Origin: Tubulanus polymorphus
Lineage: Eukaryota; Animalia; Nemertea
Assembly (NCBI RefSeq): GCF_964204645.1
Contig: NC_134028.1
Location: 23,308,345 to 23,372,344 of the forward strand
Length of the DNA stretch: 64,000 nucleotides
Direction: 5' to 3'
Below the pieces are notes generated by a model. That model saw only the letters and a program-made list of their open reading frames with translations. It did not search any database and was not told the DNA's origin. The translations under genes and the position numbers were made by a program. Of this stretch, positions 50,697-63,909 are shown piece after piece; position 1 is the first letter of the stretch, and the number at the start of each line of letters is the position of its first letter.

Positions 50697-53600
50697 ATGG
50701 TAAGTTAAGTCGTCCTGTTTTTTGAGTCCTGCTCGTGTATTTTCTGTTAGATTTATGTCATCATTTGGATATAAGTTGTTAACATAATGACCGTGTCAAC
50801 TAAGACAACGTAAGCGAATTTGACTGCGGGTCGATCTCGTGCGAGACGGGGAGGACTATTTGTAGGTCTAAAACCAATGGACCTATACACCATTATAATC
50901 ATTTATTGTCATTTCACAGGCATATCCTCCTCCATCTGGGTATCCTTGTGGTCAGGTACGTATGTTTTCAACGTGTGTGTCTGTGTGCGCGCGTGTGTTA
51001 GAAATTAACCCCCGTAAAGCTGAATAAGGTGCGCGATATTTCTGTATGTTGCGATGTTCAAAATTTTCTTTGAGACATCTGCCAAAATAACCTTTTCCCA
51101 ATGAAAATTCAAAACGTAACTTAGATCCCATCTCACCTCCGCCTACAATGATATCCATCAACGCAATAACCCACTCGTACTCCTTCTGAACTCTTTACAT
51201 TACTCAACACTCTCCTTAAATTTACGAAATTCATCGATTCTCATTTCCCTTGTTCCCTTCATTTCCCTTTTTACCGGGTGCTAACGACAGCGGCCTTAAG
51301 GCTTTGCTTGACCCACGCAGAAAGCTACTTTATTTTCTCTCTTTTGATGATTGCGCTTGATGAAAAATTGTAACCTTTATTGCTGTTAGTTTTTTCTCTC
51401 CTTGAATCTATGTATATAGAGCCTATCATATGCTTTCCGTGAAATAAATTTGAACTTGAACTTATTCTAAAGGAAATTTGTGCTTTAAATCATATATATA
51501 TATACTTGTGCGATTCTATGTCTTGGTTCTACTATTTTAATGCAAATTGTGCTTTTCTCCTTGTTTATGAACTGTAGTGCTATTCGTAAGATCACATGCT
51601 CCTGTGCTATTGTGCTCGTCTTAAGTTTTCTGCCACGCCATAAAAACCGTTACAATGAAAGTTTTTTAAAACGTAGGTAGAAGCATGCGTTAAGGGGTTC
51701 TGTATTGAGTCGATGTGCACTACGTCATCGATATTGGCGTTTTAGAAATAGCAATTACATTTGTGAATTTTGGTGTATATTTTGTGATTAAATATACTAC
51801 ATAACTCTCCTTATAATTTCTATAAAATATAAGATTTAATGAATATTTTTGAGAAGATGTGCACTACGTCATCAATATATTTGGGCTAGCCTGGTTGCCG
51901 GTCAATTAAATTCAATCATACAAATTCAATAACACTATTGATCCTTAATATGATGTAATTTATATCATATTATCCATTGTCGACGTTATTAAGCAATGAA
52001 TGTGCTGTTTTCAAGGCGTCAATAGATTTTCAAGTTAGTTTTCTTGTTTGTTATTTTCTATCCTATGTGATTGGTATGGTTAAAATATGCCCTTTTATAT
52101 CGCATTAAATGGTTAAATAGGCCCTTAAAACCCTAACCCTCTAATCCCTTATCCTTAAAACTTAATGCTTTAAACCTTTTAAACCCTCTAAACCCATTAA
52201 CGCCTTAACCCTCTAAATCATGACCCTTCTCTAAACGGTTTTGTAGCTAAAATCCCCTGGAAAAAAGTAGGTAAAAATCCCCACTTTTTTCAAGGACATT
52301 CAATGCAAAATATTTCTCCAATTCCAATTCTCCATTATTTGTAAATATTTCTTCAAATTCGAACTGAAACATTTTTGAACTGTGAACTCTTATTAACTGG
52401 TGGCATATTTTACTGTGTGGCGATAAATTATGAGAAATAAAGAACTTTTAATTTGAAACATTTTGAATTCAAGCTGGTTAAATAAAATTAAACTGTGCGA
52501 TAAACTAATTTCAACTTGCGATATATTTGAGATGTACAATAAATTCTAGTATTAGTTTACATACATGTATCTTGTTGCATGTTTTCCCCATACTCTACAG
52601 ATACGAATTTATTGCAAGATATTTTGAGGTAAATCACGGTTTGATGATTTGTGTATGATGTATTTCAGCCAGGATATCCTACTGGAACTCATCTACCTCC
52701 ACCAGGAGGACCTGGTGGTTACCCTCCAGCCGGTTGCCCGGGATACCCTCCGCAAGGTGGGGCTTACCCCCCACAGGGCGGGGAGTATCCCCCGCCTCCG
52801 CACGGTGGAATGCCCGGTGGATACCTACCTCAAGGTAATCATGGTATAAGAATTAGGTATTTTGGGTATTCTTATGAGGAAAGATACACCTAATGATTAT
52901 TGATTTACATTCATTTCTACATAGGTGGTTATCCCAGTTACCCCGGAGGACCCCCACCACAAGAAATTCCTCCATTTACCGCTCCTCCAGGCGGTATGCC
53001 TCCAGGTGGTTTGCCTCCAGGTGGTATGCCTCCGGCCATTCCACCATTCCCCATGCCACCACCAAGACAGCCGGGTTACGCATACCCTCAAAGTAAGTTT
53101 GCAAATTACTCTCTTTTCTTGCTAACTAGATATTCCTTTAAGTAAGCATCCAGATTGATTACTTTAAGGATATTTCGAACTCATCATTATCATTCCAGTA
53201 ATCATTATTATACAGATCGAATTTATGGAAGTAACTTTACGATTGTTATTGATTACGGGTGTTGTCCAATGCTGGTAGCTTTTCAAATAGTTTCAGTGTT
53301 ATTCTGATCATTCAGTTAAAAAAAGTTGTTTCCATTCAACCTCTGATGACGTATACTGGACGAACCTTTCCTAAGCTTGAATTTCAAATTAATGTCTGCC
53401 TTTTACTTTATATACGAAATACACGATTTTCCTGTGATGTCGATCGAAAGTTACTCCGTGTAAAGATTGTTGTTATTTATAATTTACAAGACAGAATATC
53501 TGTCCATATGGTGACTATAACCCATCTTATGAATCTCTGTTGTTATACAGATGAATGTCTGCTTCAATATGTATAGAAAACATTATGTTGTTATTGCTAA

Positions 53601-56600
53601 TTGGTACGTTTTAATTCATCTTTCAAACGTTTTTATTTCAGCCCAAGTTGGAGGCATCAGTGCTCCATCCCAGCAAGTGCCAGCGGGTTGCCCAAGTCAA
53701 CCACCGCAAGCTACTGGTTACACTGGAGGACTGCCACCTCAGCAACCTGGAATTCCACTTGGGCACCCTGGTGGTCCACCAACAGGACCCTCTGCAGGTC
53801 CATCACCAGCTGTCCCATCACCAGCTGCCCCACCACCAGCTGCCATCACGGGTAAACCACAGGTGAATTGAACTTTTAGCTCAACTTTTAGATAGATATA
53901 AAGAATTGGATGGTTGTTTAGAAAACTGGAAAAAAATATCTTAATAATATGTAAAAATTTACCGAAAGTTCAAGAAAAATGCCTGCCAAAATATTTACAT
54001 CTCTTTTTTTCTGGAGCTCAGAATTCATGCACAACTGCGTTTTGGGAGATTTCATTCTATTCTGTCCTGATTGTGATCGTCGATCGCTTATGTCCTTTTG
54101 CTTTTGATGTGAAAAATGTAAAAAGTTTGGAAATAAATTAAAGGAAACCAAAATCCGGTTATCGGTTGTCCAGTTAAAATGTGAAAAAGTCAGTTGTAAG
54201 GATGTGAAAAATGTCAGAGTCCGATCTCTGGTTCAGTCACGATAAGCTCCAAAATTGTGCATAAAACCACAGTCTTCTTAAAGGTTGGAATGGATCCTAA
54301 TGCACCTGCTAGAGCTATGGGTGGTAATCTGCAGATTCATGGCACCGTCGCACTAGTTGCCGGCACAATATTTCCAGTGCAAGTTTTCAACGCTGAAAAA
54401 GATGCTGAAATACTAAGAGCTGCTATGTATGGAGCGGGTAGGTGTCACTTGTTCGATAGTGCAGCAGTTTGATTTCATTCCACTAATTTCACTATTTATT
54501 TGAAGAAACCGATGAACAAGCCATAATTTATGTCGTGAGCAAACGTTCAAATCAGCAACGACAAGCTATTAAGAAGGCATTCAAGACAATATATGGAAAG
54601 GTCGGTTTTTACCGGTAAAGTCTAGACCCAGGTTTATAGACTGACATTTTCCTTAACTTGTGGATTTTCTCAATTGAAAATGAATCGAATCAGCCCCCGA
54701 GTTAACGTTTTAATTGCATCCCATTAAGCTATATCTATTGAAAATTATACTCGTTACTTTTTATCTAGGATTTGATAAACGAACTTAAGTCTAAACTGAG
54801 TGGAGACTTTGAGGAAGTGATATTAGCATTGTTTGAGCCCACAGCATTATACGATGCTTGGTCTCTGCGGAAAGCGATGCGGGTAATGTATCATCCCCTT
54901 AAATATGACCAGTACCGGGTATTTTGAATGGAATATGAACATGTTTATGTATGTTCAGGGTGCTAGCACTAATGAGGAAGATCTGATTGAAATATTGTGC
55001 GCACGAACCAATGAGGAAATTCGAGAAATCAAAGAGTGCTATAAACATGGTAAGAAACCCTCAATGCGTTGAAGATTCATGATATGCTTATACGTATAAG
55101 TGATGATTTGCTGATGACCTCTGCAACCGGAATAAGCGGTTATTTGAATTGTTAGTTTAACTATCTTTTAAAATTGTCTAGAATTCGTTCGTGACTTGGA
55201 GAAAGATATAATCAGCGAAACCAATGGTCGCTTTACAGGTTTACTTGTGTCTTGTTGCCAGGTAAAAATCAGTTCGAATACCTGTGTATGTTAATGAGCA
55301 AAACCCACAGTGATTAAAGCACTTTCCGACAGTTTCGACTACACTTCATCATAATCGTAATAATGTTATATACATATGAAGTAATTTAAGACTATAGACA
55401 TTACTAAGGAAAGTTAGGGAGAGGAACGACTGTGAATATTGAGACTGGCATCAGTGTACCATGTCACTTCTGTATGTAAAATGCTTGTTTGCACCTACAA
55501 GCAATTGAATGGGGAAGTTACCAGCCACCATTTTGAGGCGGTCCCACAGGTCCCGCATTGTTGGATAGATTTTAATATTTTTTAAACTAAAACCTCTAGC
55601 GCGATTAATTGACGTCCATTCATCTTTTGGCACAAAATTTAAACTTATGAATCGTTAGACAGGTGACAATTTCTATATGTAATTTCTCAGGCTACTCGAG
55701 ATGAATCGACAACCACCGACTTAGCCCTAGCCAAAAGAGAAGCCCAACATTTGTACGTTGCCGGTGAAAAGAAATTCGCAACGGATGGATCGACATTTTT
55801 TCTTATTATGGCTACTAGAAATTACAATCAGCTTAAAGCGACATTTGATGAATATGTGAAGGTAGGCCTGATAGATTTACATCAAGTAATAGCACAAAAC
55901 TGGGGCGTCAATACCAGAATAGAATCAGAATTATTTCTTGAGAATTCAATAGATTAGAAACGAAGTTTAGAAATTTGAAAGATACAATGTTTCAGACTTT
56001 CCCTTGCACACAATGATTGACTGTGGCTATTTTTCTGACATTTTTCTCACATCATTCACTATCGTAGCTATCGTGTCTAATATTCAATCGATTTATAGAT
56101 TTCCTGCCGAGATATTTTGAATTCGGTGGATCGCGAGATAGCTGATGTTGACTTAAGGAAAGGGCTTAAAGCATTAAGTAAGATTTAAGTAAGATTTACA
56201 ACCGAAAGGATATGAGTTCATTGATGGTCGCGCGACGAAATACTTATCTTGTTTATCTTTTCAGTTATGAGTGCAAGAAACCGACAGCAATATTTTGCTG
56301 ATAAACTCTACAAAGCAATGAAAGGAGCTGGTACTGATGATTCTACCCTTATTAGAATCATTGTTTCAAGATCTGAGGTAAGAAAATAGTTACAAATAGG
56401 ATAAAGCAGAATGATATGACTTTTTGGGTTAATGTATCTGTTCATTGTGAAGTCACTGTATTACTTCGATTTCAGATTGATTTGAAGAATATAGGCGACG
56501 AATTTCTGCAGAAATACCATAAAACATTGCGGAAGATGATTGAAGGCGATGCAAGTGGAGACTATAAACGCATCTTACTGGCAATTGTTGGGAATGCATA

Positions 56601-56601
56601 A
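50697..56601 (+). CDS. ANXA7: Annexin A7-like, unit 4 (about 538 aa), divergent, reading frame intact
   Basis: ATG|GTAAGT at 50697-50699, then exons 50920-50955, 52669-52834, 52925-53092, 53642-53862, 54284-54437, 54506-54600, 54769-54882, 54959-55049, 55182-55261, 55691-55861, 56099-56177, 56265-56377, 56476-56601. No stops or frameshifts seen. TATA-like CCTATAAG near 50596 and AATAAA at 56849. Confidence 0.78.
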
Positions 56602-57670
56602 GAGAAATGATATCCATCAAATCAATGTTTATTTATCAATTATTTGCTAATGAAATCATGTGCATCTCTCCTATATTGTCCACCTATAATTGTTAACTCT
56701 TTATTATCTCAAAATCAGCTGAACATTAAGAATTAGCGTTTCACAGAAATTATATCAATATTAATATGATGATATGTAGAAGCTTTATGGCTTACGCTGT
56801 ATTGATGAATTTTGATGATTATTTGTTCTCTGTCTTTTATTTACTGTAAATAAAACGAGTGTAGCTTTCAATTTTATTTTCAATTGTTAATTCTGGTGAT
56901 ACCGAGGATAACTGTGTTCTTGTGGATTTTTTTGGAATCATATCGTCATAAAAAATTCATGTTGGGTCTGTCTATGAGTGATATTACAAAAAAATAAAAC
57001 AATCGCATATCGTGGAAGACGACAGCTATTGACAAAAACACTGCCCTTGATATTGATATAAAAAGTCCCACACAAATCCTTGAAAATAAAAACTTAAATC
57101 TTGGATAATTCCTTGATCTAGTAGTTTATATTATATTTCCGAGTTTAATTTTCATTTAAAGTGTTAAGATTTACTAGCGAGTGCCCACGAGTTGCGCGCA
57201 TGATAAATCGATCGGTCCAGTTTTTTTTTGAAATGTCGATTCAAATCTCTCTGAATGATACAGTTACACAAAGCCACTCCTGTGAAAGGAATTTTGGACA
57301 ATGTGAGTTGCTCTTTTAATTACGTATTTCCTGCATTTTTGTGGCTTATTGACAGATCATGTGCCGAGCGCGATCAGGAAGTTATTACTGTGACATCGAA
57401 CATTCAAATAACAAAACACAAATTGACTACATTAAAGATGGATTTAAGGACATTTTGGTAAATTTTCTGGTTGCATGAGCGTGATATCTTCACGGATTAT
57501 CTCTGTTTTTTATGAAGTTTAAACCAAAATTGTTAATTAGTCAAGTTGTCTCTAAATCATTAATAAACATATGTAGCTATAGCCTAGTGACACGACCACT
57601 TTCCAGGAATGGTTGTAGATAATAAAACTTAATGATCGCTCTCATTCGCGATTCCGTTGTCAACGGCACG

Positions 57671-57843
57671 CATGTGACTGATTATATAGTCGCTTTATTT
57701 ACACGTCAAAATGAATGTTTGTTTTGGTTCCGAGGAGCACGTGGCTTTATTTTTATCACGTGATGTTTATCGACCGCAAGTCGAGCCAATAACGACGCTC
57801 GTTACAAGCGGCGTGTGTGTAGTGTAAATCACATGATCATGTG
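57671..57843 (+). promoter_or_regulatory. Cluster of E-box/CLEAR/M-box motifs in the FNIP promoter
   Basis: CATGTGAC 57671, CACGTG 57738, TCACGTGA 57756, TCACATGA 57829 and TCATGTG 57837, all within about 190 bp of the ATG. Confidence 0.6.
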
Positions 57844-57858
57844 GTCGCGACCTGAATC

Positions 57859-60800
57859 ATGGCTCTGTTAGCCAAATTATTCCAATCTAAGAGATTTTCC
57901 CGGGCCCAGGATCGACCTAGCCCCTCCGGAGGGGATATAACGGCTAGGTAAGTTTATAAAGATCGACTGTATTCAGTTTCAGGCGAAGATTCGGCGCCAA
58001 TATGGAGTTATCATCGGGTTTGTTTTTCATAATCCACGTCCTGTTTGTTTGTACGCTGACTGTCTGTAGATTCATTGAGAGTAGTAGACTGCTGTGTGTG
58101 TTGATATAGGGTAGGGTATGCTGCCCGCGCCTCAGTTGTGGCAATGGACTGTCATGTGATAGAACATCTGGAACATCAGCATTTTAGAACCTGATATTAT
58201 ACCAACTAAGACTTTACTAAACGTGACAGCTTTAACACCACCACAGCAGGTTTTTCGTGCCTACCCCTCACACACAGCTTGGCCTTAGCTCCATCCAGCT
58301 GCGTCGGGACCAAATTCCAGCAAAAATAGCAGTAGTGGAGAACTTGAACTGAATTTGTGTGATTTGTCATTTTCAAAATATCGTACCAAGAAATAAATAT
58401 AGAAATTTTATGAAATTGTTTATCTAGTCTACTGAACCAGTGTAGTTTGGTCTAGTCATTCAGTACTGGACCTATATATCTGTTTTGCATGAAGGTTAAA
58501 TTAGTTTGAAGTCCTAGATTCTTGCATTCGGATTGGCACAGTTTCAGAACACGAGATATAGGCCGTCGTAGACAAGATGCAATTCGAACGACTGTAATGC
58601 GCGCCAGAATTAATTGAGTTTGGATATTTTTTTAGGTCAGTTCTTTTTTTAGACCCGTGCATCAGGTGATTATTGTATAGGCTAATTGTACCAGTTAGTT
58701 TAAGTAGGCTATGCATCGGTATTTTGTTCATTTTGAAAAGATGTGATTTAGTGTATGATTAAGTGTCAGTTTTTCCCGCCTTTCGCAATAAAACCGCGAC
58801 GCGCGATCTCATGACTAGTTATTCCATTCAGGGAATCATAACAAATGTCAATGTACTGTTGCCAGTTTATTGTCTAAATGCTAGTGTACTAGTGACATTG
58901 AAGTAGGCCCTTGTACTAGTGACATTGAAGTAAGCCCTACAGAATTTCTTTCTTGAACGCCCACTTTCAGTATTCAAGTCATAAGATTTTAAGGTTCGTT
59001 GAGTTTTACTGAGAACTTCGTTTTGTTTATTTTGTAAAGAATTCGTTTTAGCCTTAGAAGTTCTCTGAAGTCGGAGTTGAACTTAAAACCTGAAAAGAAA
59101 TGAACTAAACTGAAACTGAGAGAGTTGTGTTACATCAAGGATACCCGTGTAGCCAAAAATTTCTGTATTTTTGAGGCCAGTGGGCTTTCAATACTGGAAT
59201 TGCTATTGGATTCTTTTTTTTTTTTTATATCGCGGACGTTTCAAAATTTAAGGGAACAGGGAAAAATAAAATTCTTTTTCTTCATAAAATCTTGGAAGGA
59301 AAAATAACAAAATAGGAATGATAGATTGTATTCAACTGAATACAAATAATGAAAGTTCTATCGGATAGGCCTATAACAGTAAAGTCGATGAAAAAGCAAG
59401 TCAAAGAAAAATTGACCACCCTGAAGAGTATTTCTTGTGGTTAGTTGAGTCTGGCACCTTAAGCGGCAGTCGCCGGAAAACCAGTCGGCGACCGGTTGAG
59501 TCGCGTCGTAAGGTCGATCTGAGCCCCCCTTTAGTTGTGTCGAAGCTAGGCGATCTCTTGAAATCATGTCTCGGTGTCAGCTGACTGGTTTATATCGGAT
59601 GACCCAGTCGCTTGATCATTCGCCTTATACACATGCAGGCCTATCTAACGCCTTTATGATTGATAGGCATGTGACTAGCGTTAGGTTGAAGCAGGTGGGA
59701 GACATTCGTAACTACATATGAAACAATCAAATCGTTTTGACATGCCGATTCGGAAAGGAGTCCACCCACTATTCGTTAATAGAACTTCTACGGCGTCGGT
59801 CGTCTCGTATTTTGTATCTCGTTGTATCGGAATCGAAAATGGATGATCGATCGGAATTACAGTCGATATAAATATGCGCAAATTACCGGATTTGTTCGAC
59901 GGGTTTTTAGTAAACTGGCGAGGTTCCGTCGGTCGGAACGGCAAGCATAGGTGAGCGTGATATAATTACTGATTAGTGTATCGTCTGCTATAGTTTATCA
60001 ATGTGTGTTGCAGCGTGCGCATACATAGAGTAAAACTAGTTTTGAGAGGTTTTTTAAAAAAAAATTTTTGATCTGAGAATATCGGTCGGTCTAGCAGCCG
60101 TTCACCTGTAAAACCTAGAACATTTACTTGTAGTGCGTTCAACTCGCTACGAGATGTTTTGCTTGCTGACGAAGCTCTCTTTTTAAAACGGAATTAGTTT
60201 TCAGATTTTGTATTTTTAATTCGAAAATATTGGTCTGTCACGCAGAATTCACCTGTATAACGCCTAGAACATTAACCGGTACTTCAGTGCATTAAGTTCG
60301 CTGATACTGTGTTTCTGCTGACGCTCCGTTGTCTAAACGGAATTCATCTCGTCTGGAAGGCGGGGAGGTTGAGAGAGCCCTAGTATTATACAGCGGCACG
60401 CGCTACGCCGATTCGCCGTTTGAAACTGAATCTATGTAGAACATAAGTCGATATACCGTCGTTTTCTATTTTTTATTCGCAGGTGGATCGTGCCGGAGTT
60501 CAAGAAAACTCAAATACGTCTGCTAGTATTCAAAGATCACGATGTCCGAGGGAAGACGTTGCTGTTCGACTCGAAGAGTATTAAACTCATCGACGAGAAA
60601 CAGGTAAATCCGCAGTTAGAGACTTGTTTTTTATATGACCCACGGCAAGTCAGATGACTAGAAAAAAATATGTGAAAAAAATATGTTTGCTGGGATATGT
60701 GACGTATGGGCAAATCCCTTGAATGTTCAAGGCAGTCATTTGCAACTACGATTGCATACTGATTATTGCTGAGACTAATTTTCGAATGGCTTTAAGTAGT

Positions 60801-63394
60801 CATTGTATACAGATTCAAGAAACGACAAGTTCACTGTTACAGCTCTTCAAATCTGCTGTCAAACTCTCTTTGAAGTTGTCGAATCACTGATGTCCTCGCT
60901 ATTTTCGAGTCCAAATTCGTATTTCCGATTCAATCTTTATGAATATTTGGTGTATGTCATCATTCGGATAACATGATTATTGTCACGACTATAATGACTT
61001 AAAGAGCTGCTTCGACAGTTGAATCGGTTCATATCGATAGATCTATGATCTCTATGACGCTGTATTTTTAATAGTTTTTATCGATAAGTGAAGTACTATT
61101 TGTCTGTATGTCTAGAGTAGGCTGCGTGGTACTGTGTTGATTGCTGTACGGAACGCGGCTCAGCTCCACTGCCGCGCCGCCGCGTGAAGTTACACTCGAC
61201 GTTCTGTAGTATAACACGTTTTGTATATTTTGTACTGCATTTTATATCGATTCTCAATTGATTTCGTATTTCGAAATTTACGATTTTCATCGTCGAAATC
61301 AATCTCTGCGCATCCGGAACAGAAGCTACCGTAGAAAAAAAAGCAAAGATCATTTTTCGGAAGGAAGGTCGAAACTCGAAGCAAGCAACACGTTAAACTT
61401 TATGTCGAATGTGTGAAAATAGTGCTATCATTGTTGCGTTCAGCAACTTAACTACCCTAAAGTACGATGAATCTGAATCTTTGCTTGAATATAGAAATAT
61501 TTCCGGTGGTTACTACTATCCATCTTTAGTCCCATTTTAGACTGAAGAAGGCTGGTAGGAACCATTTCTATTTAAACGTTTTAATCATTCATTCTACTAT
61601 CGCGGTTGTCTCTTATCACGGATATCGCGATCAACCTGATGAACATCTACCAGGGCGGCGTTATGCAAGGATCGAGTGGTTTAAGGTTGATCCGATCACG
61701 AGACTGATCCCGTATAAATAATCAATCATTCTTGACCGACGACGTTTCATGTTCAAACTTCATCATTATCAAACTTTACATAAAGATGTCATGTGTCAAA
61801 CTATAATTGTTAAGTGCTTACCAAACACACTCATTGTCACATGAGACCCGTCATGTCCGACCGCAAAATACGTCAACTGTCTGCGGAGCCGCCCATTTAA
61901 CCCTTTCAGTGCGTCCACACTGCAGTGCGGTGTATGAATCGGTGATGGATTTTGCTAGTACACCACACTGCGGTGTATTGATGTAACTAGTAATTAGTTT
62001 TTATCTATTGAAATATGGCAGCACCTGTCAAACATAGTGAAATATTAGTTACTAACGATACACCGCACCCTGGTTTAGACGCACTATAGTGGTATTCCTG
62101 TTATTAAACACACTAGGGTGGAATTTTTAAAAATTTTCAAATTATCTCCAGTACTTTAGGGTATTAATTAGTCAGCACTGAAAGGGTTAAAACTTCACCT
62201 CTAATACTACAGTTTCGTTAATTGAAAATTTAAGAGTGGTTCTTATGTCTGAGAATGCGATTGCCTGAATATTTGAACTGTTTTTTTTGATCGCTTGTAA
62301 CAATGGGTGTAAGTAATAAAAGAAAGCCAGCGACGCCTAATAATAGAAATATCCATTACAAGTGTTTCCATTGAGAATATCTCGAATTCGGATCGTCGTC
62401 AGATTTTCTTGATTTCATTTGATTTATTCGATGATTATCTCGAAATGCGTGATACTTAATTCTACTAGATAAAAGATTTACACACATGACAATCATCAGG
62501 TTCATGTTTGAACTTTGCTCTATGAAGCTAAATTAGATAAACTAAAAATTCAGATCAACTGGTGTACGGTTGTAAAACTGCATTTTAATGGCATGAAAAG
62601 CGCGGTGCATTTTTTTGTTGTCGAAGTTTACTTTTAAGTCATGTGTTTCTATTATATATACGAGTTCAAGTTCGCTGAAATCGGTCACATGACAGCCACG
62701 CGTTCGCTCAGTGATCACCGGTCTAATGGTCAAGTGTTATCACTGAACTGTATTTAAGGCGGTGATTTAGCAATAAAAGCTATACATAGAAACTCATCGA
62801 CCACGTACGGACGATTGTTATCTCTACTTAGCTTTGCCCGACGTTAATTGTTCGGATCTTAGTTTCCCTAGATTGAACCCTGTTGTATTTAACCTCGCGA
62901 CACGGCCACGGCCTTTTAAAGAAGTGTTGCCCGCACACTGTATTAAGTCACTCAGCGCAGTACAGAGAGTAAATGCAACAGCGTCACCCCCTTTTCCACC
63001 GAACAAATTAATTTTTCTTAGATTCAGTTTAGCTGAAACCATTAGTCTATAGGATACAGGGCCCAAGTCCTCACTTTGAAAATAAATGATATTTCTTTCG
63101 GGTTTTCTGTATTGTCGTTGCAACATTCGTCAGTCCAAGCCCTGTATTCATATGACATTAAAGCTAGAAACTTTTTACCCCCCCCCCCCCCCCGAACGAG
63201 ATCGGTTGGTCGTAGAAACTGAGTTTCATTTTTTCTTGCTTCAGGAAGAGGAGAACAAACAAACCGGCGCACGGCGATCGTTGCTGCGAACGTATTCGCC
63301 GCGTAAACCGAGCGGACTCATCGACAGTAAAGAGAGCATCACGTCGGACTCCGAACAGCCAAATAATACCTCACCAAAAACCAGCCGTTATCAG
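57859..63394 (+). CDS. FNIP1: Folliculin-interacting protein (FNIP1/2-like), 5' part; continues beyond the window
   Basis: Exon 1a 57859-57947 (MALLAKLFQSKRF..., compare FNIP1 MAPTLFQKLFSKR). Exon 2 60483-60603 (WIVPEFKKTQIRLLVFKDHDVRGKTLLFDS, compare [30 protein letters not shown]). Exon 3 63245-63394 ending RYQ. GT-AG with consistent phases. Confidence 0.85.
59874..59950 (+). CDS. FNIP1: Alternative first coding exon 1b of the FNIP-like gene
   Basis: ATG...MRKLPDLFDGFLVNWRGSVGRNGKH AG|GTGAGC. Phase 2, in frame with exon 2, in a CpG-richer patch. Confidence 0.5.
61901..62186. mobile_element. piggyBac-type MITE
   Basis: TTAA|CCCTTTCAGTGC ... GCACTGAAAGGG|TTAA. Confidence 0.85.
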
Positions 63395-63688
63395 GTAATC
63401 GTAGCGTGTCCCACTACAAAGCGCTTAAAAATGCGTTCTTTTGTGCAGCACTTTTTGCAACAAAAGAAAACTAAAAGTTCATTGAAGCCTTGAAAAATGA
63501 CTCATTTTATTTCGTAATATTGTTGACAATAGATACTATATAGATATAGATTATATGATGTTAAGGGTCGTTAAAGTTATTTAGGGTTGAATATATCGAT
63601 AATTTTGTTTGTATTGTGAAGGGTAAATCATTTTTGGTGTGTACCAAAAAGAAAGGTAAATTACCTTGCGATATGTTAACACAGTGTC

Positions 63689-63909
63689 CAGAGCTGCCAA
63701 CTGTTCCTGATTTTCAGTATTTGTCACTAATTTATATTAGTTGAATACTGATTTGATTTGTTTGATGCATACAGATATGAAATATGTTACTGAAGTTCTT
63801 ACTGTTGATTACTGATTAGTTTGAACATTTTCTTACATATTTCGATGAAACGTTACCGAAAAAATTTCAATTTGTTACTGATAGCACTTTTCAGAGGTTG
63901 GCAGCCCTG
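63689..63909. mobile_element. hAT-like MITE with 6-bp TSD
   Basis: CAGAGCTGCCAAC ... GTTGGCAGCCCTG, TSD AGTGTC. Its 3' part recurs at about 35160-35230. Confidence 0.75.
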
